Shown here: positions 1 to 14,069 of the stretch, in pieces
How positions within the stretch are numbered: the first letter of the stretch is position 1
How the letters are laid out: every line of letters starts with the position of its first letter
NCBI RefSeq assembly: GCF_009914755.1
Contig: NC_060928.1
Origin: the human T2T-CHM13v2.0 reference genome, Homo sapiens
Direction: 5' to 3' (one strand)
Length of the DNA: 64,000 nt
Translations under genes and position numbers: made by a program
Notes under the pieces: generated by a model
The model's input: only the letters and a program-made list of their open reading frames with translations
The model's database searches: none
What the model was told of the DNA's origin: nothing

Positions 1-222
1 TGTGCGTGTATATATATATATGTGTATAAATATCAGTAATCTAAAATTATATACATGTGTATATACGTGTGTATATATATAAATGTCAGTAATTTAAAAA
101 ATATGTGTATATAAATGTCAGTAATTTAAAAAATGTGCATCAATTATAAAATAATGATTATACGTGCCTGTATATATATATCAATGTCAGTAATTTAAAA
201 ATATATGTGCATCAATTATTAA
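1..222. repeat. Degenerate AT-rich tandem repeat / (TA)n low complexity
   Basis: Core (tg)tcagtaatttaaaaa recurs at ~33, ~84, ~116 and ~185, separated by TA runs. Confidence 0.7.
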
Positions 223-313
223 ACAATCTTATTTTATAAAAACTTTAATTCATTTAATATTACTACTTCATTATTCCTAAGAATTTTAAAATTTAATATG
301 ATTCCCAGGATAA

Positions 314-679
<366 letters not shown>

Positions 680-1149
680 GCTTCCAGGTATTTTTTAAAG
701 AGGTACAGTGGCACTTTATTGTTTCAGGTATTGTCACTTTTGAAGCGGAATTAGATAATACTAGCTAATGGCAACCTAGTTGCCTTATTTCTGTTTCCAT
801 GAGAAACCCTCAGAGCTTTTAGGATGATGCATGGTTTACACATTTAATTCTCTAATATTCTCGCTTTCTGAAATTTTTATTGGTTGATTGATTTTTAAAG
901 CAATATTTTTATTACTTTTAGTAACATTTTTATTATCCACTAATGTGATAATGTAGATACTGCCTGTTGAATATAGTAATATGATGAATTGTACTGTTAA
1001 AAAATAATACTAAAAAAAATCCCTGAACTCCAGAAACAATTTCTGTGGTCATCTATTTTAATTATTGCTAGATTGAATTTGCTTGCATTTCATTAAATAT
1101 TTTGTTTATATCTGTTTTTAAGTGGCCTGGAGCTAATAACGATATTAGC

Positions 1150-1775
1150 CAGCACTCATGTAGCATTGACTACATGCTATAACACTTATAACTCTCTTAC
1201 ATTTATGACTTCATTTGGCCTTCAGAACAGCCTTTAAGAAAGTATTCTATTTATACCTCTATTTTATAAATGAGGAGGCTGAGTGTCATGGATTCCATTG
1301 TGTCCTCCTCATATTTATATATTGAAGCTCTGGAACTCCTAGCATGATGGTTTTTGGAGTTGGGGCCTTGGGGAGATAATTAGGTTTAATGAATAATGAA
1401 TACCAAATGATGAATTAATGAATAGTAAAGTCATGAGGTTGGAGCCCTAATGATGGTATTAACATGAGGGCTCTCCCTCTGCCAGATGAAGACACAGCAA
1501 GAAGGAGGCCATCTGCAAGCCAAGAGGTGGGTCCTCACCGGAAGCTGACTATGCTTGCTACTCTGTTCTCAGCCTCAGCCTCCAGAACTGTGAGGAAACA
1601 AATCCCCGTTGGTTAGGCCACTCAGTTTATGATAATTTTTTATGGCAGTTTGGGCTCACGAATACAGTGAGAAACAAAAAAGAAAAATGACTTACCCAAT
1701 ATTACAGAGCAAATAAGTAATGAAGATAGATGGAATCCAGTCAGGTTGGCTCCAAGGCATTTACTATTAACCACT
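1150..1775 (-). mobile_element. MIR SINE split by an MLT1A LTR
   Basis: MIR core attttataaatgaggaggctgag ends at 1283 and resumes after 1671 (aatgacttacccaatattacagagc). Confidence 0.75.
1284..1666 (+). mobile_element. MLT1A-type MaLR solo LTR
   Basis: TG...CA ends, gaagacacagcaagaagg, cagcctccagaactgtgag. Near-perfect 5-bp TSD ctgag/gtgag. Confidence 0.85.
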
Positions 1776-2162
1776 TTTGGTGTCAAGATTGTGCTTACTT
1801 CAGAAAACACAATGGGAAGATTTCCATGTATTCCATGATCATGTAAGTATTTATAATACAAGGAAATTAACTGATTCCATAAAAAATCATAGTGCAGACT
1901 TTGGTGCTTTTTTTGCATTTCTTTTTTATAAACTATATTCTTCCCTGTATGTTGGTGAAACGTGTGATTTTTTTTTCTTTTCTTTATAAGTGAAGCATTT
2001 CACTAAGATACAGTGTTTTTTTTTTACATACTTAATTTGTCATATAAATCAAGGGCACTCTTTTTTTTGCCTACAGAGTCAGTGATTTCTTCAGTTTAGA
2101 AAATATTTTCTCTATAATAATTTGAATAGTTTATTTTCTCATTTGTTCTTTACTCAAAGTAA

Positions 2163-2385
2163 TTTTTTTTTTTTTTTTTTTCAGACAGAGTCTCTCTCTG
2201 TCACCCAGGCTGGAGTGCAGTGGCACAATCTTGGCTAACTTCAGCCTCTGCTTCCCTAGTTCAAGTGATTCTCCTGCCTCAGCCTCCTGAGTAGCTGGGA
2301 TTGCAGGCGCGTGCCACCATGCCAGACTAATTTTTGTACTTTTAGCAGAGATGGGGTTTCACCAAGTTGGCCAGGCTGGTCTCAA
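2163..2385 (-). mobile_element. 5'-truncated AluS-type SINE
   Basis: Poly-T, right arm and part of the left arm. TSD CTCAAAGTAATTTT at 2153-2166 and 2381-2394. Confidence 0.92.
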
Positions 2386-5054
2386 AGTAATTTTAATTAT
2401 TTTTAATTATTGGCTGATAGAGTTTTTAACCTAACTCTAACTCAACACTTGGACTAATTCTGAATCTAGTTCTAATTCTGTTCCTAACATTAATCCATTG
2501 AGGTTTCATCCTCTTTTTTCTGCTGATCTGTATCTTTTTGTCTCCCCCTCTTGGATTCTCAACTAGGACCTGAAGTTTGTTCTCTACATCACATATTTTA
2601 GTTTTTATGTTATTTATTTTATTCTTAACATCTTTAAACATTTAAAAATTATTTTTACTCTATTTTAGTTTTATTAAATAAATTATTTCATGTCTCTTCC
2701 CCTAATATCATTTCAATCAAATCTTTGGTCTTGTCATGTTGCCTACAACAATTATGTTATACATTTCATGTTTTCTCTCAAATTAATGAAAGCACAAGTC
2801 AGAAACTTTATTTTACTTAAGTTTCCAAATTATTTTTATTATTATTGTTGTCTTTTAAGAGTGCTTTGTTTTATATCCTTATCATCATGGAATCATTTTA
2901 TAACCTATACTTTAGTTTTTATTTTGTTATTTTTCATTGAGTGATGAAATCTTATTCAAACTTAATACCTTTTACCAAATCAACAGGAGTATCTTATTGA
3001 TTTCCTGTCCTTCTTTGTTCTCCAATTTAAGATTTTAAGCCACAGGCTCATTATCAGGTGGCAAGAGAGTCTGTTGTTTAGAAAGTGCTTTAAAAGAACT
3101 TGAACTGGGATAACTCTGTGGGTAAACCAGGAAATAAACTACTATTTTTACAATGATTCTCTTTCTTCTTTTAATTTGAACTATATTGGACGATTTGCTA
3201 TTTTCATGAAGAATCAAACTCTTTAGTAATTCAGTCTCTTTGCAGTTACTTTTTTCTCTCACTAAAAGTGTTCTTGCCATATTTCAGGAACCAGTTAACT
3301 CCCACTCATCATTTAAAGGTAATTTTGACCATTATCTTTTGCTAGAATTGTTCTGTAATGTCTATGTCTGTGCCAGGTGATTCTAATCTCAAATTCCATG
3401 GCAACCTGTGTGTGCTTATTTCATATACTATACCATGACGGTTTTTATCACTATGTATCTTCCTGTAGACCATATTTGGTTTATCATTTTTTTTAGCTTC
3501 TGATTAAAAATAGTTTTTCCTGAAAAATGCTTTAATAGAAATACATTAACAATTTCATATGGAATTTCAGCAGTTTCATGAATTATCCCAAGGACATCTG
3601 TGTACAGCCTAACATTTCAAAAACCTAGGTAAGCATTCCAGGTAGGCGCCTTTTGTTACAGAGGCCCATACAGACATGCCCTTTATGATTTTGATTTATC
3701 AGAATAAAACAAAACAAATAAGACAAACCTCAGCAAGAAGTGAGGTGGCTTCCAGACATGCAGTTCTAGGGAAACTCACAGTAATATCCTGTCTCACAAA
3801 CAGACAACTTCATTGTGTGTTTTCTTTATCTCTGTACAGACATACAGCTCTACTGATACTTAATAAAACTTGGAATCAGTGAGGTTATATCCTCCAAGGG
3901 AGGGGAAGTAGAGTCAGCCAGCAAACAACCAACCCTGATAGCTTTCTAAGCCCCTGCAATCTAGTGTACTTGAATGAGGTCCCTCATGATGGTATAGGGA
4001 TGTCAGTAATACATTATCGTATTTCTTATTTTCATCTTATCTACTGTCTGTCTCATACATAAATATTCAAAATATGTTTTCTAAAGAATGTTTTTAAAGT
4101 TCACTCTGGCTATTTCCCTCAATTTCCACATTAAAAAATTGGTATCTTATTTACTGTGATTTTTTTAATATTCTTAAACCCTTTGGCCCTCACTTTTAAT
4201 TTTATGTAGAATTGACATAATATTTAATTACCAAGGGCGCTGTACAGCTTACAAATAAAATAGGTGAAATGTAATTATTTAATAAAAAGTATTAAGACTG
4301 TTGTTGCTATTGCAATTACTAGAAGCATTTAAGTCCTTCAATATTGAGTTGAGTATCTACTATCCACTAAGCACTGTGTTAGGTAGAGATCACATGCCTA
4401 TCAACTCTACATTTAGAAGCATTCCTGTTCCTGACATGATTATACTTTCTTCTTCTCTAAAAGGATAATCTATTACTATTACAAATGCACATTTAGAATA
4501 AGTTTATCAGCCCAAGGAATTCTACGGTTTCAATTTTGGATCTTATCAAGAGAATGGTTTAATTTTGATACCATGGCATGGTCCCATATTCTACAGTTAG
4601 TACAATTTTAAATAGCAACATCAGAGGTTGCCTGGAAACGACGCTGGTTGCACATTAAGCATCAACGTTGAAATACTTTAAGTGAAATTATTTGTTCTTT
4701 TCCTCTTAGAATAAAGAACTTTGTACCACACTCATAAAAGAAATGTTGGCAATTGTTTACTTAGATTTTTTACCTGAGTATTGTTTTTGAAATGTTATTT
4801 GTTTAAATGTATCCAAATGTTGTATTTGTTGCAGATTTCTAAAGAAGTATAAGTGCATTCTTCATATTAATTTTTTATATTGGCTTCTAAAATAAAATAA
4901 TTAGAATATCAACAAAATGAGGAAAATCATTTGAAAGGTATAACACAATATGGTTAGCTCAAATTGTTGTACTGCAAAGGAGGAATATAGCACAATGTCA
5001 GAAAAATGTCTGAACTTGTTCTCATATCATCTCATACGTTTAATACTGACAGTC

Positions 5055-5200
5055 ACATGTCACATCTCTAAGATTCATGATTTTCATCTGCAAAATGAAG
5101 GTAGAAATTCCCCACATATGCTCCACAGAACTGATTTATTATACTCAAAACATGTGACATGCTTAAAAAGCATTTATGAACTGTGAGCTTTGTGAATATA
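5055..5200 (+). mobile_element. MIR fragment
   Basis: Core ttttcatctgcaaaatgaag and a MIR-like tail. Confidence 0.5.
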
Positions 5201-5644
5201 ACGTATTTTTGCTCATATAGTCAAAGTCATACATTCATTCGTGAATATAACCAGTTAGCTTTCCTGTAACTCTGGTTAACTGTATTGAAAGATGTTGCTC
5301 TATTACAAAGTAGGGAAAAATGATTGAACTCAGATGAATCAATGTAAATCTACTTCTACAAGTGGAGAAAACTTAAAGTGCTCACACATCCACCAAGTTT
5401 AAGCAGTGTAATTTTTCTGCATGAACTGTCCTGAGTGTCTTTACAGTCCCTAGAAGCTAGAGATTGCCCAATAAATGCCAGTTATTATTGCTATGTGCCA
5501 GGTGCTATGGTAACAATCAGTAGATGGCAATCTAAGCTTTATCATTACACAGTTGAAATAATCACTTTAACAAACCTACAAGATTCTTAAGCCAATGTTG
5601 TAGCTGAGGAAAGTGAAAAGCAGAGAAGTCAAGAAAATTGCACA

Positions 5645-6520
5645 TAACAACCTCAAAACTCATTGGCATTAAAAACATAAAATTTTATCTCACAATTTGT
5701 AGGTCATATCAGCAAGGATTATATGGTATTTCTTTGTGTTCCATTTGATGTAAATTATAGTCACTTGGTTATTTATCTGGAAGCTGGACTGGCTTGATGG
5801 CTTCAAGTAGGCTTCACTCATAAGTCTGGTGCCTTGTGGGAACAACTGTGAGAAAGGGTTTAAATGGGCTGCATTTCTCTCCACTTAGTCTGATATCCTT
5901 TGCTCCTGGTCTCTGTAGAAGATAAATCAGCCTCTCTATGGTGACTCAGAGCTCTAGAAGAGCAAGACAGAACTTGCCTAGGGCCTAGATCTGGAATAGC
6001 ATCATTTCCAGTGTGCTTTACTTATTAAGGGATTCATACATTGAAAGGGTGGTGTATTAGTCTGTTTTCACACTGCTAATAACGACATACCCAAGACTGG
6101 GTAATTTATAAAGAATAAGAGGTTTAGTGGACTCACAGTTCCACATGGCTGGGGAGCCTTCACAGTCACGGTGGAAGGCAAAGGAGGAGCAAAGCCAGGT
6201 CTTAATGTGGAGGCAGGGAAGAGAGAATGAGAACCAAGCAAAAGGGGTTTCCCCTTATAAAGCTATCAGGTGTCAAGAGACTTATTCACTACCATGGGAA
6301 CAGTATGGGGGAAACCACCCCTGTGATTCAGTTATCTCCCCACTGGGTCCCTCCCACAACATATGAGAATTATGGGAGCTACAATTCAAGAAGAGATTTG
6401 GGTGGGGATGCAGCCAAACCATATCAGGTGGAAAGTAACCCTTTTGCATTTTCCAAGGGATGGGGCAAAATATTCACCTTTCATTGGAAGAATCTGTAGC
6501 TAAACTAAATCCAGCACAAT
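5645..6520 (-). mobile_element. Old MLT1-type MaLR LTR split by a THE1 LTR
   Basis: cctcaaaactcattggcattaaaaaca and ggcttcactcataagtctggtgcctt resemble antisense old MLT1 LTRs. Sequence continues after 6431. Confidence 0.6.
6053..6426 (-). mobile_element. THE1C/D-type solo LTR
   Basis: tgtattagtctgttttcacactgct...cagccaaaccatatca. Perfect TSD GGTGG at 6048-6052 and 6427-6431. Confidence 0.95.
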
Positions 6521-6565
6521 GTTCAAGTCATTTTGGTCAGAATATTATTTTTCCCTAAGTTGCTG

Positions 6566-7086
6566 TGTATTAATCAGTGTTCTCCGGAGAAAAGAGCCAA
6601 TAAGCTATATACAAATATTCGAAAGGAAATTTATTATGAGAATTGGCTTATGCAATTGTGGAGGCCAGAAAGTCCCATAATCTTTCATCTGTAAGCTGGA
6701 GAACCTGGAAATGTGATCGTGAAATTCAATCTAAGTCTAAAGGCCTGAGAAGCGGGGGAGCAAATGGTGTGACTCTCCATCCAAGGCCAAAGGTTCAACA
6801 ATGAGGAGATATGTTGTCTAGGAACAGAATAAGATGGAATGTCCTAATTTAAAAGGACAGAGAGGTAATTTACCCTTCCTTCACCTTTTTCTTCTGTCTG
6901 GGCCCTTAATAGATTATAAGACACCCACCCACACTGGTGAGCTGTGCTCTTCTTTACTCAGTCCACTGATTTAAATGCTAACCTTTTCCTGAAACACCCT
7001 CTCAGATACACCCAGACATAGCATGTTACCAGATATCTGGGTATAAAATAGCACAGTCGAATTGACACATAAAATTAATCATCATA
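6566..7086 (-). mobile_element. MLT2B-type ERVL solo LTR
   Basis: tgtattaatcagtgttctccggaga...ttgacacataaaattaatcatcata. TSD tgctg/tgctc. Confidence 0.88.
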
Positions 7087-8284
7087 TGCTCTTGTACGTA
7101 CTTAGTGAAATCCTTTCATCACTTTATCTAAGATATTTTATTGGGTGACACATAAGACTAATAACCTTTAAAAATATTTTATGTTATTTTAGAGTTATGT
7201 CCTTGCCTTAGCCAAATGATATGTATTGGTAATATACCCTGGTTTTGTCATTAAAACCCTCCATTAAAACACGAAGTGCTCACTCAGGTTCATTTGGCCA
7301 AAACATAAACGTCATTAAAACTGATTAATCAGAAAGAAAATTTCTAGATTAAATATTCTATACATTTATTCATAAGCATCCCCCTTATGGTCACAAATTC
7401 ATAAGATGTTTTTCTCCATAATATGACAAATCAATATATTTTAAAATCAAGCCTTTTTTATACTATAAACATTAAACTTACCAAAACATTCTATAAAAAT
7501 TTCAAAATGCTCTTAAAATCTTTTTATCACCTAACATTTTTAACTTCTGAGAGAAAAACTATAGAAGATTTATAGACAAATTACTATCAAATCAAATTAA
7601 TCAAATCAAATTAATTTTATAATATGTTTTTAACACGTCTTTATTCCACAAAAATGTCTTGAACAAAATCCAGAGCCTCACTGCCAATGATTTGCTATGT
7701 GCTTCTTTGGAAGTTAGGATACTAAAATGTATTTACTGTTTTATTAAGTCTTTACTCTTGACACAACCTTGTTCTAGAGGATAAACCATATAGATTTCCT
7801 CTTTCTTGATTGTTCTTTAATATCTTTCATTTCCAGAAAAATAAATGTGTGAAATGCAAAATTCTATGTGGTATTGTATATGTCCCCGGTGCATCATGAG
7901 TTCACAATTGAAGATGACTTTTAAGTGTGGATTAGCAAGTGTGTAACATAATGGAACCTGAGGAAGCTTTTCACTATGTCACTCCCTAGACACTCACTGT
8001 CTGCACAACTTCTCCGGCATAAGGGATAAATACTGCCTTTACGATTGCTTGGCAGTCCTTGGGGACTCCTCTGTTTCTGGAGACTGATATTTTCCCCAAA
8101 CTTACATATTTTTGTGTATTTGTATTAGCAAGGGAGACATTATGCAGACCCAAATCCTTAGAGCATTTGGATATTCCTATCCTTTCCTTAAGTAAGTAAG
8201 ACTGTGTTTCTGTACATAGTGGCACTCTTGTTTGAGCCATTATTTTTTTCATTCCTATCAGCAATAGCCTATTAACACTAAAGT

Positions 8285-8460
8285 TCAGTTGCTCTGTGAC
8301 TTGGGTAAGTTACTTTGCCTCACTAACTCACATTTTTCTTTTCATAAAAATGGGATAATAATACTTATATTCAGATCATATGGCTGATATAAGAATCAAA
8401 TAATAGAGTACATGCAAAGTTCTTGTTACAATACATACTACATAGCAAATGTTGATTATA
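8285..8460 (+). mobile_element. MIR SINE
   Basis: ctgtgacttgggtaagttacttt...taaaaatgggataataatactta. Confidence 0.75.
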
Positions 8461-8770
8461 TTTTAAATATCACATTTAGTGTCTTGGAGATCTCCCACTT
8501 ATTAACATGCTACATCCATTATTTCAACCAATTTGACAACTATAGTTGGTTTAATGTCTTTTCTGTGTAATGTCTCTTCATCTCTTTTCTCATTGATGGA
8601 TAATTTAAACTAATTATTGCAAAAGCCACCTATTTTTTCTAACACTAAACTTCTCTCTCTTTAATTAAGCCTTCATACTTCACTTGAGTCTGCTTTCTAA
8701 AATGATGATTTGGCATATTTCTCACTTGCATTCCAAGTGTTAATAAAGTTCCTTTTCCTTCTAGGCTACA

Positions 8771-9222
8771 TGTGTTAATTTTCCATTACTGCTGTATCAA
8801 ATTTTCACAAACTTAGTGCATTAAAACAACACATCCTATAACGCTGCAGGTCAGAAATCTAAAATCAAGGTGGTAGCAAATATGTATTCCTTTTGGAGAC
8901 TTCAAAGGAGAATCCATTTCTCACCTTTTTCAGATTGTGGAAGCTGAACACATCACTTGGCTCTTGGCTTCTTCCTGGTATCACTGGTGCCACTTGTTGC
9001 TGTAGTCACATTTCCTACCAAAGACTGATCCTTCTGCTCCTCTTTCAGAAGGATTCTTATGTTTATATTGGGACCCTCTGGCCAATATAGGATAATCTTC
9101 CCATTGCAGACTCTTTAATTTAATCACTTATGCAAGTCCTTTTTACAACATAAGGTGACATATTCATAGATTTATAAATTCACAGACATCTTTGAGGGGT
9201 CCATTATTCAGCCTTACCACCA
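8771..9222 (-). mobile_element. MLT1D-type MaLR solo LTR
   Basis: cacaaacttagtgcattaaaacaac, ggataatcttccc, taaggtgacatattca, ccattattcagcc. Confidence 0.85.
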
Positions 9223-9229
9223 TATATAT

Positions 9230-9692
9230 ATTCCAAATTTTTATCATATTTTTAAGGACCTTCATCATCTTCTCTCAAGCTGTCTTTTGATGCTGTCCCA
9301 TCAGTCTCTTCCATAATAATTGTATTCAATGACTTTTACGTTTCATGACTACACATCGAACTGTCAATATATAATTTACTTTCCATCAGTGTGAGTTTCT
9401 TCATGCTTTCTTTTCTCAACATGCCTTTCCTCTTATTTTCTGCCTGGTGAAATAGTAATCATTTTCAAAAAAATTCAGCCAGAATGTTTGGGATCTTCTA
9501 TGCTTTCATAATACACTAATATTTGTGTTATATTAGGACAAATTTTGCTATACAGTCAGTAAACATGTATTTGTCCACTTTTCTAGACTGTTAACAATTT
9601 GAAAACTGAAATCTTTCTTACTCTGTATTGTCATTCTCATGTTAAACACAGAGCCTTGCAAAAACCTATTGTTGTTTATGAGATTAATGAAT
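9230..9692 (+). mobile_element. L2 LINE 3' fragment (probably continuous with 8480-8770)
   Basis: Decayed L2 3' motifs, ctagactgttaac...cacagagccttgca...taatgaat. Confidence 0.55.
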
Positions 9693-9769
9693 CCACTTGC
9701 CACAGCTTGCCTGAAAATTTAGACCTGGAATGACAGCTTTGAGGGCCACAGTGCATTGATTTGTTATTC

Positions 9770-10200
9770 TTCATATCAATTAGGGGTCTTAGTTGCAAAA
9801 CAGCAGAATCCCCTACAGCTGTTTTATGGAGAAAGTGAATATAATAAAGAATGTTAGATAGCTCATAGAATCTCCCAGAAGACAAAGAAATAAGCTTGGG
9901 GGTCATGCAGCCAGGAATAATAGCCAAATCATACTGTCAGGCTGCTCCTGTGGGGCCCAGTATGATGCTATTGCTACATACAGACACCTAAAATCACACA
10001 CCACAAATGTTACCGCCAGGACCTTGGCTACTGTTGCCTCTGAAAAATACTCTCCCTGCCTGCTTTGCAAGGAAGGATATCACAAGGTTGGAGGATCTGA
10101 GTTTTTCCATGGAAACACCTGACACACAGAACCAAGGACACATGTCTGCACCCCAGATGTATAGAAGGCATACAAAACTGTTAAGCTGTTAAAGAGTTGG
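9770..10200 (-). mobile_element. Ancient MLT1M/N/O-like MaLR LTR
   Basis: tcaattaggggtcttagttgcaaaacagcagaa...gatagctcatagaatc. Confidence 0.55.
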
Positions 10201-11009
10201 GCAATTTCAACTATGCCCTTTCCAGAAATAATGTAGAATTAGATAAGCCCATTGCATATATTTGTTTTAAAGAGAGAACTTGAGAAATCAAAACTATACC
10301 TTATAAAATAATGACATTTGTCATTTGGAGGGGCAGCAAATTTCCAAAGAAATGTTTATAATTTTATGAAATACTCATTTTTATGTAATAATCCAGTCAA
10401 CTAGGTAATGCTGTGAGACACACACTGAACAGTGACTCATTTGGATTAAAATATGATAAAACTTGTCTAGGGTAGTAATGTATAGTTCATTAGATTAGTA
10501 ATAGAATTGTGGTCCATTTTCCGTTAGCTTTTCAATCAAAATCCATCACTATGTTTTAGACATGAAAGCCACTTTTTTTCTGACAGGGTTAATCACTTAG
10601 TCCAGTCTGAATTGAAATAGCTTCCTTTTTAAAGAAGCGAAATGCAGTGGGAGGATAGGATTAAAAACACTGGGCTTCAAGTCAGGAAACAAACATTCTG
10701 GTGGGCCAGTGAGAAGCTAAAAGACATAGGAAAAAAATTAAAATTCTATATCCTTCATGTTGTCATAGGTAGAATTTAATAAGTAGACTACAACTCTTAG
10801 ATGTCTGATTGATTTAATATTATGTGAGTAATTGGAAAGATATTTCTCAGCATATATTATATAGACTGAAAAATGAAACATGTAATCCATTGAGAATAAA
10901 ATGTAAATGTTACATGAAGTACTGTTCTATTTTCTGCACTCAATAAACCTACTTGTATTTCTAGAAAATGTGATTGTAAAGTACACAGAAAGGTTTGGTT
11001 CTTTGTCCC

Positions 11010-11175
11010 GATTCCTCTGACCTTATGCAAGGAACTGATTTTTCTCCTTCTCAGCATGATCTGTAAAAAGGGTATAACCATGCTGCTTTCCTTATACCAC
11101 AGGGTTCTGGCAAAAAATCAAATAAATAACGCAGAAAGAAGTTATTTTCTTAATTGAAATGTTACATAGTTATAA
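11010..11175 (+). mobile_element. MIR fragment
   Basis: tgaccttatgcaag...atctgtaaaaagggtataa. Confidence 0.55.
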
Positions 11176-11506
11176 GGGTCCTTTCTGGGTGTGTTACCGT
11201 CATTGCTCTGCTACTGTAGGACTTCAATGCCAAACAAACGCACAATGCCAAACAATCTAATGGATACATGACACAACTAAGGTTAAAAATAAATAGAACA
11301 CATGGAAACAAGAGGATATAGCCCCATTATTGGAGCAGGGTTTACAATAGAGAGCCCTATCATTCTACCAAGGATCATGAGGCTCCATTGTCTCTAGAGC
11401 AGGCTGGAGGTAATGAGGTATCTGATTGAGAGATGAGTAGAGCAATTTCCATGGTAGTTTTAGAATAGATGAAAAAGATGAGTTACAGGAAGTAGGTTTC
11501 AGTTAG

Positions 11507-11887
11507 TTTCTTAATCTCTTTTGGCTCTTGTGACAGAATACCACAGGTTGTGTAATTTATAATGAACAGAAATGTATTTAACTCACCATTCTGAAGGCTG
11601 GAAAGTCCAAGATCAAGGGGCTGGCATCTGACAATGGTTTTCTGACTGGATCATTCCACATCAGAAGGGTGGAAGGGCCAGGAAGTGGGTGCAAAAGACA
11701 GAGTCCAAAGGTCTGGGCTTCTTTTACAGCATCACACTCCTTGAACTGATGACTACATTAATTCATTCATGAGGACTTTGCCCTAATCACCCAATCACCT
11801 CTTACTAGGCCCTACCTCCTGATATTGTTGCATTGGGAACTAAGTTACCAACATATACATCTTGAGGGGCACATTGAAACTATAGCA
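11507..11887 (-). mobile_element. MSTC/MSTD-type MaLR solo LTR
   Basis: ggctggaaagtccaagatcaagg, ccaatcacctctta, acattgaaactatagca. TSD gttag/attag. Confidence 0.85.
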
Positions 11888-14069
11888 ATTAGAAAGGGTG
11901 TTATTTTGGAAGTGATAAGTAGGTCAGGTTCCCCATTCTGTATACTGAGGTTTAGGGGTGAGCTCTATATGCTGGTATCAAAATGTTTGGTTTCAACATT
12001 CACTCAAGTTTCTGAGTCCTCCTAGATTTATAATTCAGTGATAAACTTTTGTAAAACACAGTATCAAGCCTAAGAGAATATGTTTATTTAAGATTAATTT
12101 AGCTTTCTATTGAGTTTGCTCCTACTTCTTGTAAATTTTTTAAAATTTATGTTAAATAAAAAGTTTTTTTATTCTGTAAATTTTCCTGGGAAAAATGGAG
12201 AAAAAAGTATTTTAAAAATTAGATAGATAGCCATACTTTATTTGTGGGTCGTGTTTAATAAGTAATAATTTATTACTTTTATTAATAATTAATAATACCC
12301 ATGTTGCCTCCTGCATATATACAACTATACACATAATACGTTATAAATAATATTTTATTCAGGAAATCTATAATTTTGACCTTAATGAACCTAAATGCTA
12401 TGACCACTTCATTGAGTAGTTGGTAGCTCTGACTGGAATTATAGAAGCTGATGTTCTAATTCAAACTCTACAATTTACTATTTATTTAGCTAATACATTT
12501 AGTTTCTTCAAATTCCAATTTTCTCATTAAAATTATGACTTCAAAGGGATGTTGTATTTATAAAATAAAATAATGTAGATGAACACTTAAAAGAACTTGT
12601 CAAAAACTAAATAAATGGCAAAAGTGGTTATTCCTAATTAATTATATTTTTATAATTATTTTGAACTTGAGTCCATAAAAATGGTTTAATTTTAGGTATA
12701 GCGGTAAAAAGAATTAGCATTAAGGTAGCATGGCCAAAAAAAAAAAGTGGGATTTGGAATAAATTTTAGCCAAACAAATCTTGTGTATATTTTAGGACTG
12801 AAAAAGTCACTGATGTGACTTTTTTCTTTGAGGTAATGAGAAATACCTTGTTCATTTCTCAGCTTTAACTCAAGAATCAAATGACATAAAATGTGTTAAA
12901 GGACTTTTAAAATTGTAAAGCAAGATACGAATCAATGTAAGCTTCTTATGATGATTTTATATTTCAAATGTCTCTAGACTGACTTATTAGAACTCTACAG
13001 TTTCTAGATTTTTAGAAAGTTCATTCATTTGATTATCACAGTTTTTAGAAAAGTTTCAGGCTAAGCAACACCAGAGAGACATGACTAAAAATAACAGCAA
13101 TGCAACAAACCTTGCATGAAAGCCAGCATTTTGAAGACAGCAAGAGCCTGTCTGTTAAAATTAAACCCCAGGGTGGTCTTGAGGGGCAAAGATTAAATAT
13201 GATGACCTGCAAGAACTTCTGATCCTGTCTACTTATCCATTTCATAAAAACATTTTCCTTTTACCAGTAACAAAATTTTAACAGGGATTGATGCTTAACT
13301 GTATATTATTTTCAGATAGCTCTATATAAAAATCTGTAATACTGCCCGTACTTGTGGTAAATGTTTGGTATATTTAATCCATTCTTAAATGCCAAATATC
13401 TACGTTTAGTCATGGTCAGATAAAGGGAAGAGTCAGCTGCATTGGCAAGATGTTATACATAAGTATATCACTTGTGATAGCATTAGCGCTAAATTCATCC
13501 CTTGAAAAAAGTTCTAAAACCATAGATGAGCCTTCTGATCTTGAATGGATGGACTAAGTCTATTTTAACAAAATACCAATTAAAATTGGAGTGTCTTCCA
13601 AAAGGACATGGGTATAAACTGGGTGTACTTGAAGACCTCCATATTTAATTTATTATGTCATCTCAAAAGTCCCAGGTTATAATGCAAAGTTAAATCATAA
13701 AATTCTGGTCCAAGGCTCTCTGCCTAGTCTTTTGACTAGGATTTGGATGATCAAAATGCAAGCAAGTGCAATCTGAATTAAAAAATAGATGAAATGTGGA
13801 AGAATATGCCTTAACAGAGACTAGGGGAGAAAACATTCTAACAATAAACAATATTATGCCAACTGTGATGATGTAAATACAAAGTTTGAGGTTGCCAAAG
13901 TGCTATAGAAATGTATGTAAACTTTATCTATTACAGATAGTTTCTTTAATTTCATGCATGTTGCGCCTACTTTTATTTTTCTGTTTATTTTTGTTTTCAC
14001 ATTATTTAAAATGAAGCTCTAAGCAATTACTTTAAACTGAAAACACTAGAACAAATACCATGAAGATAA

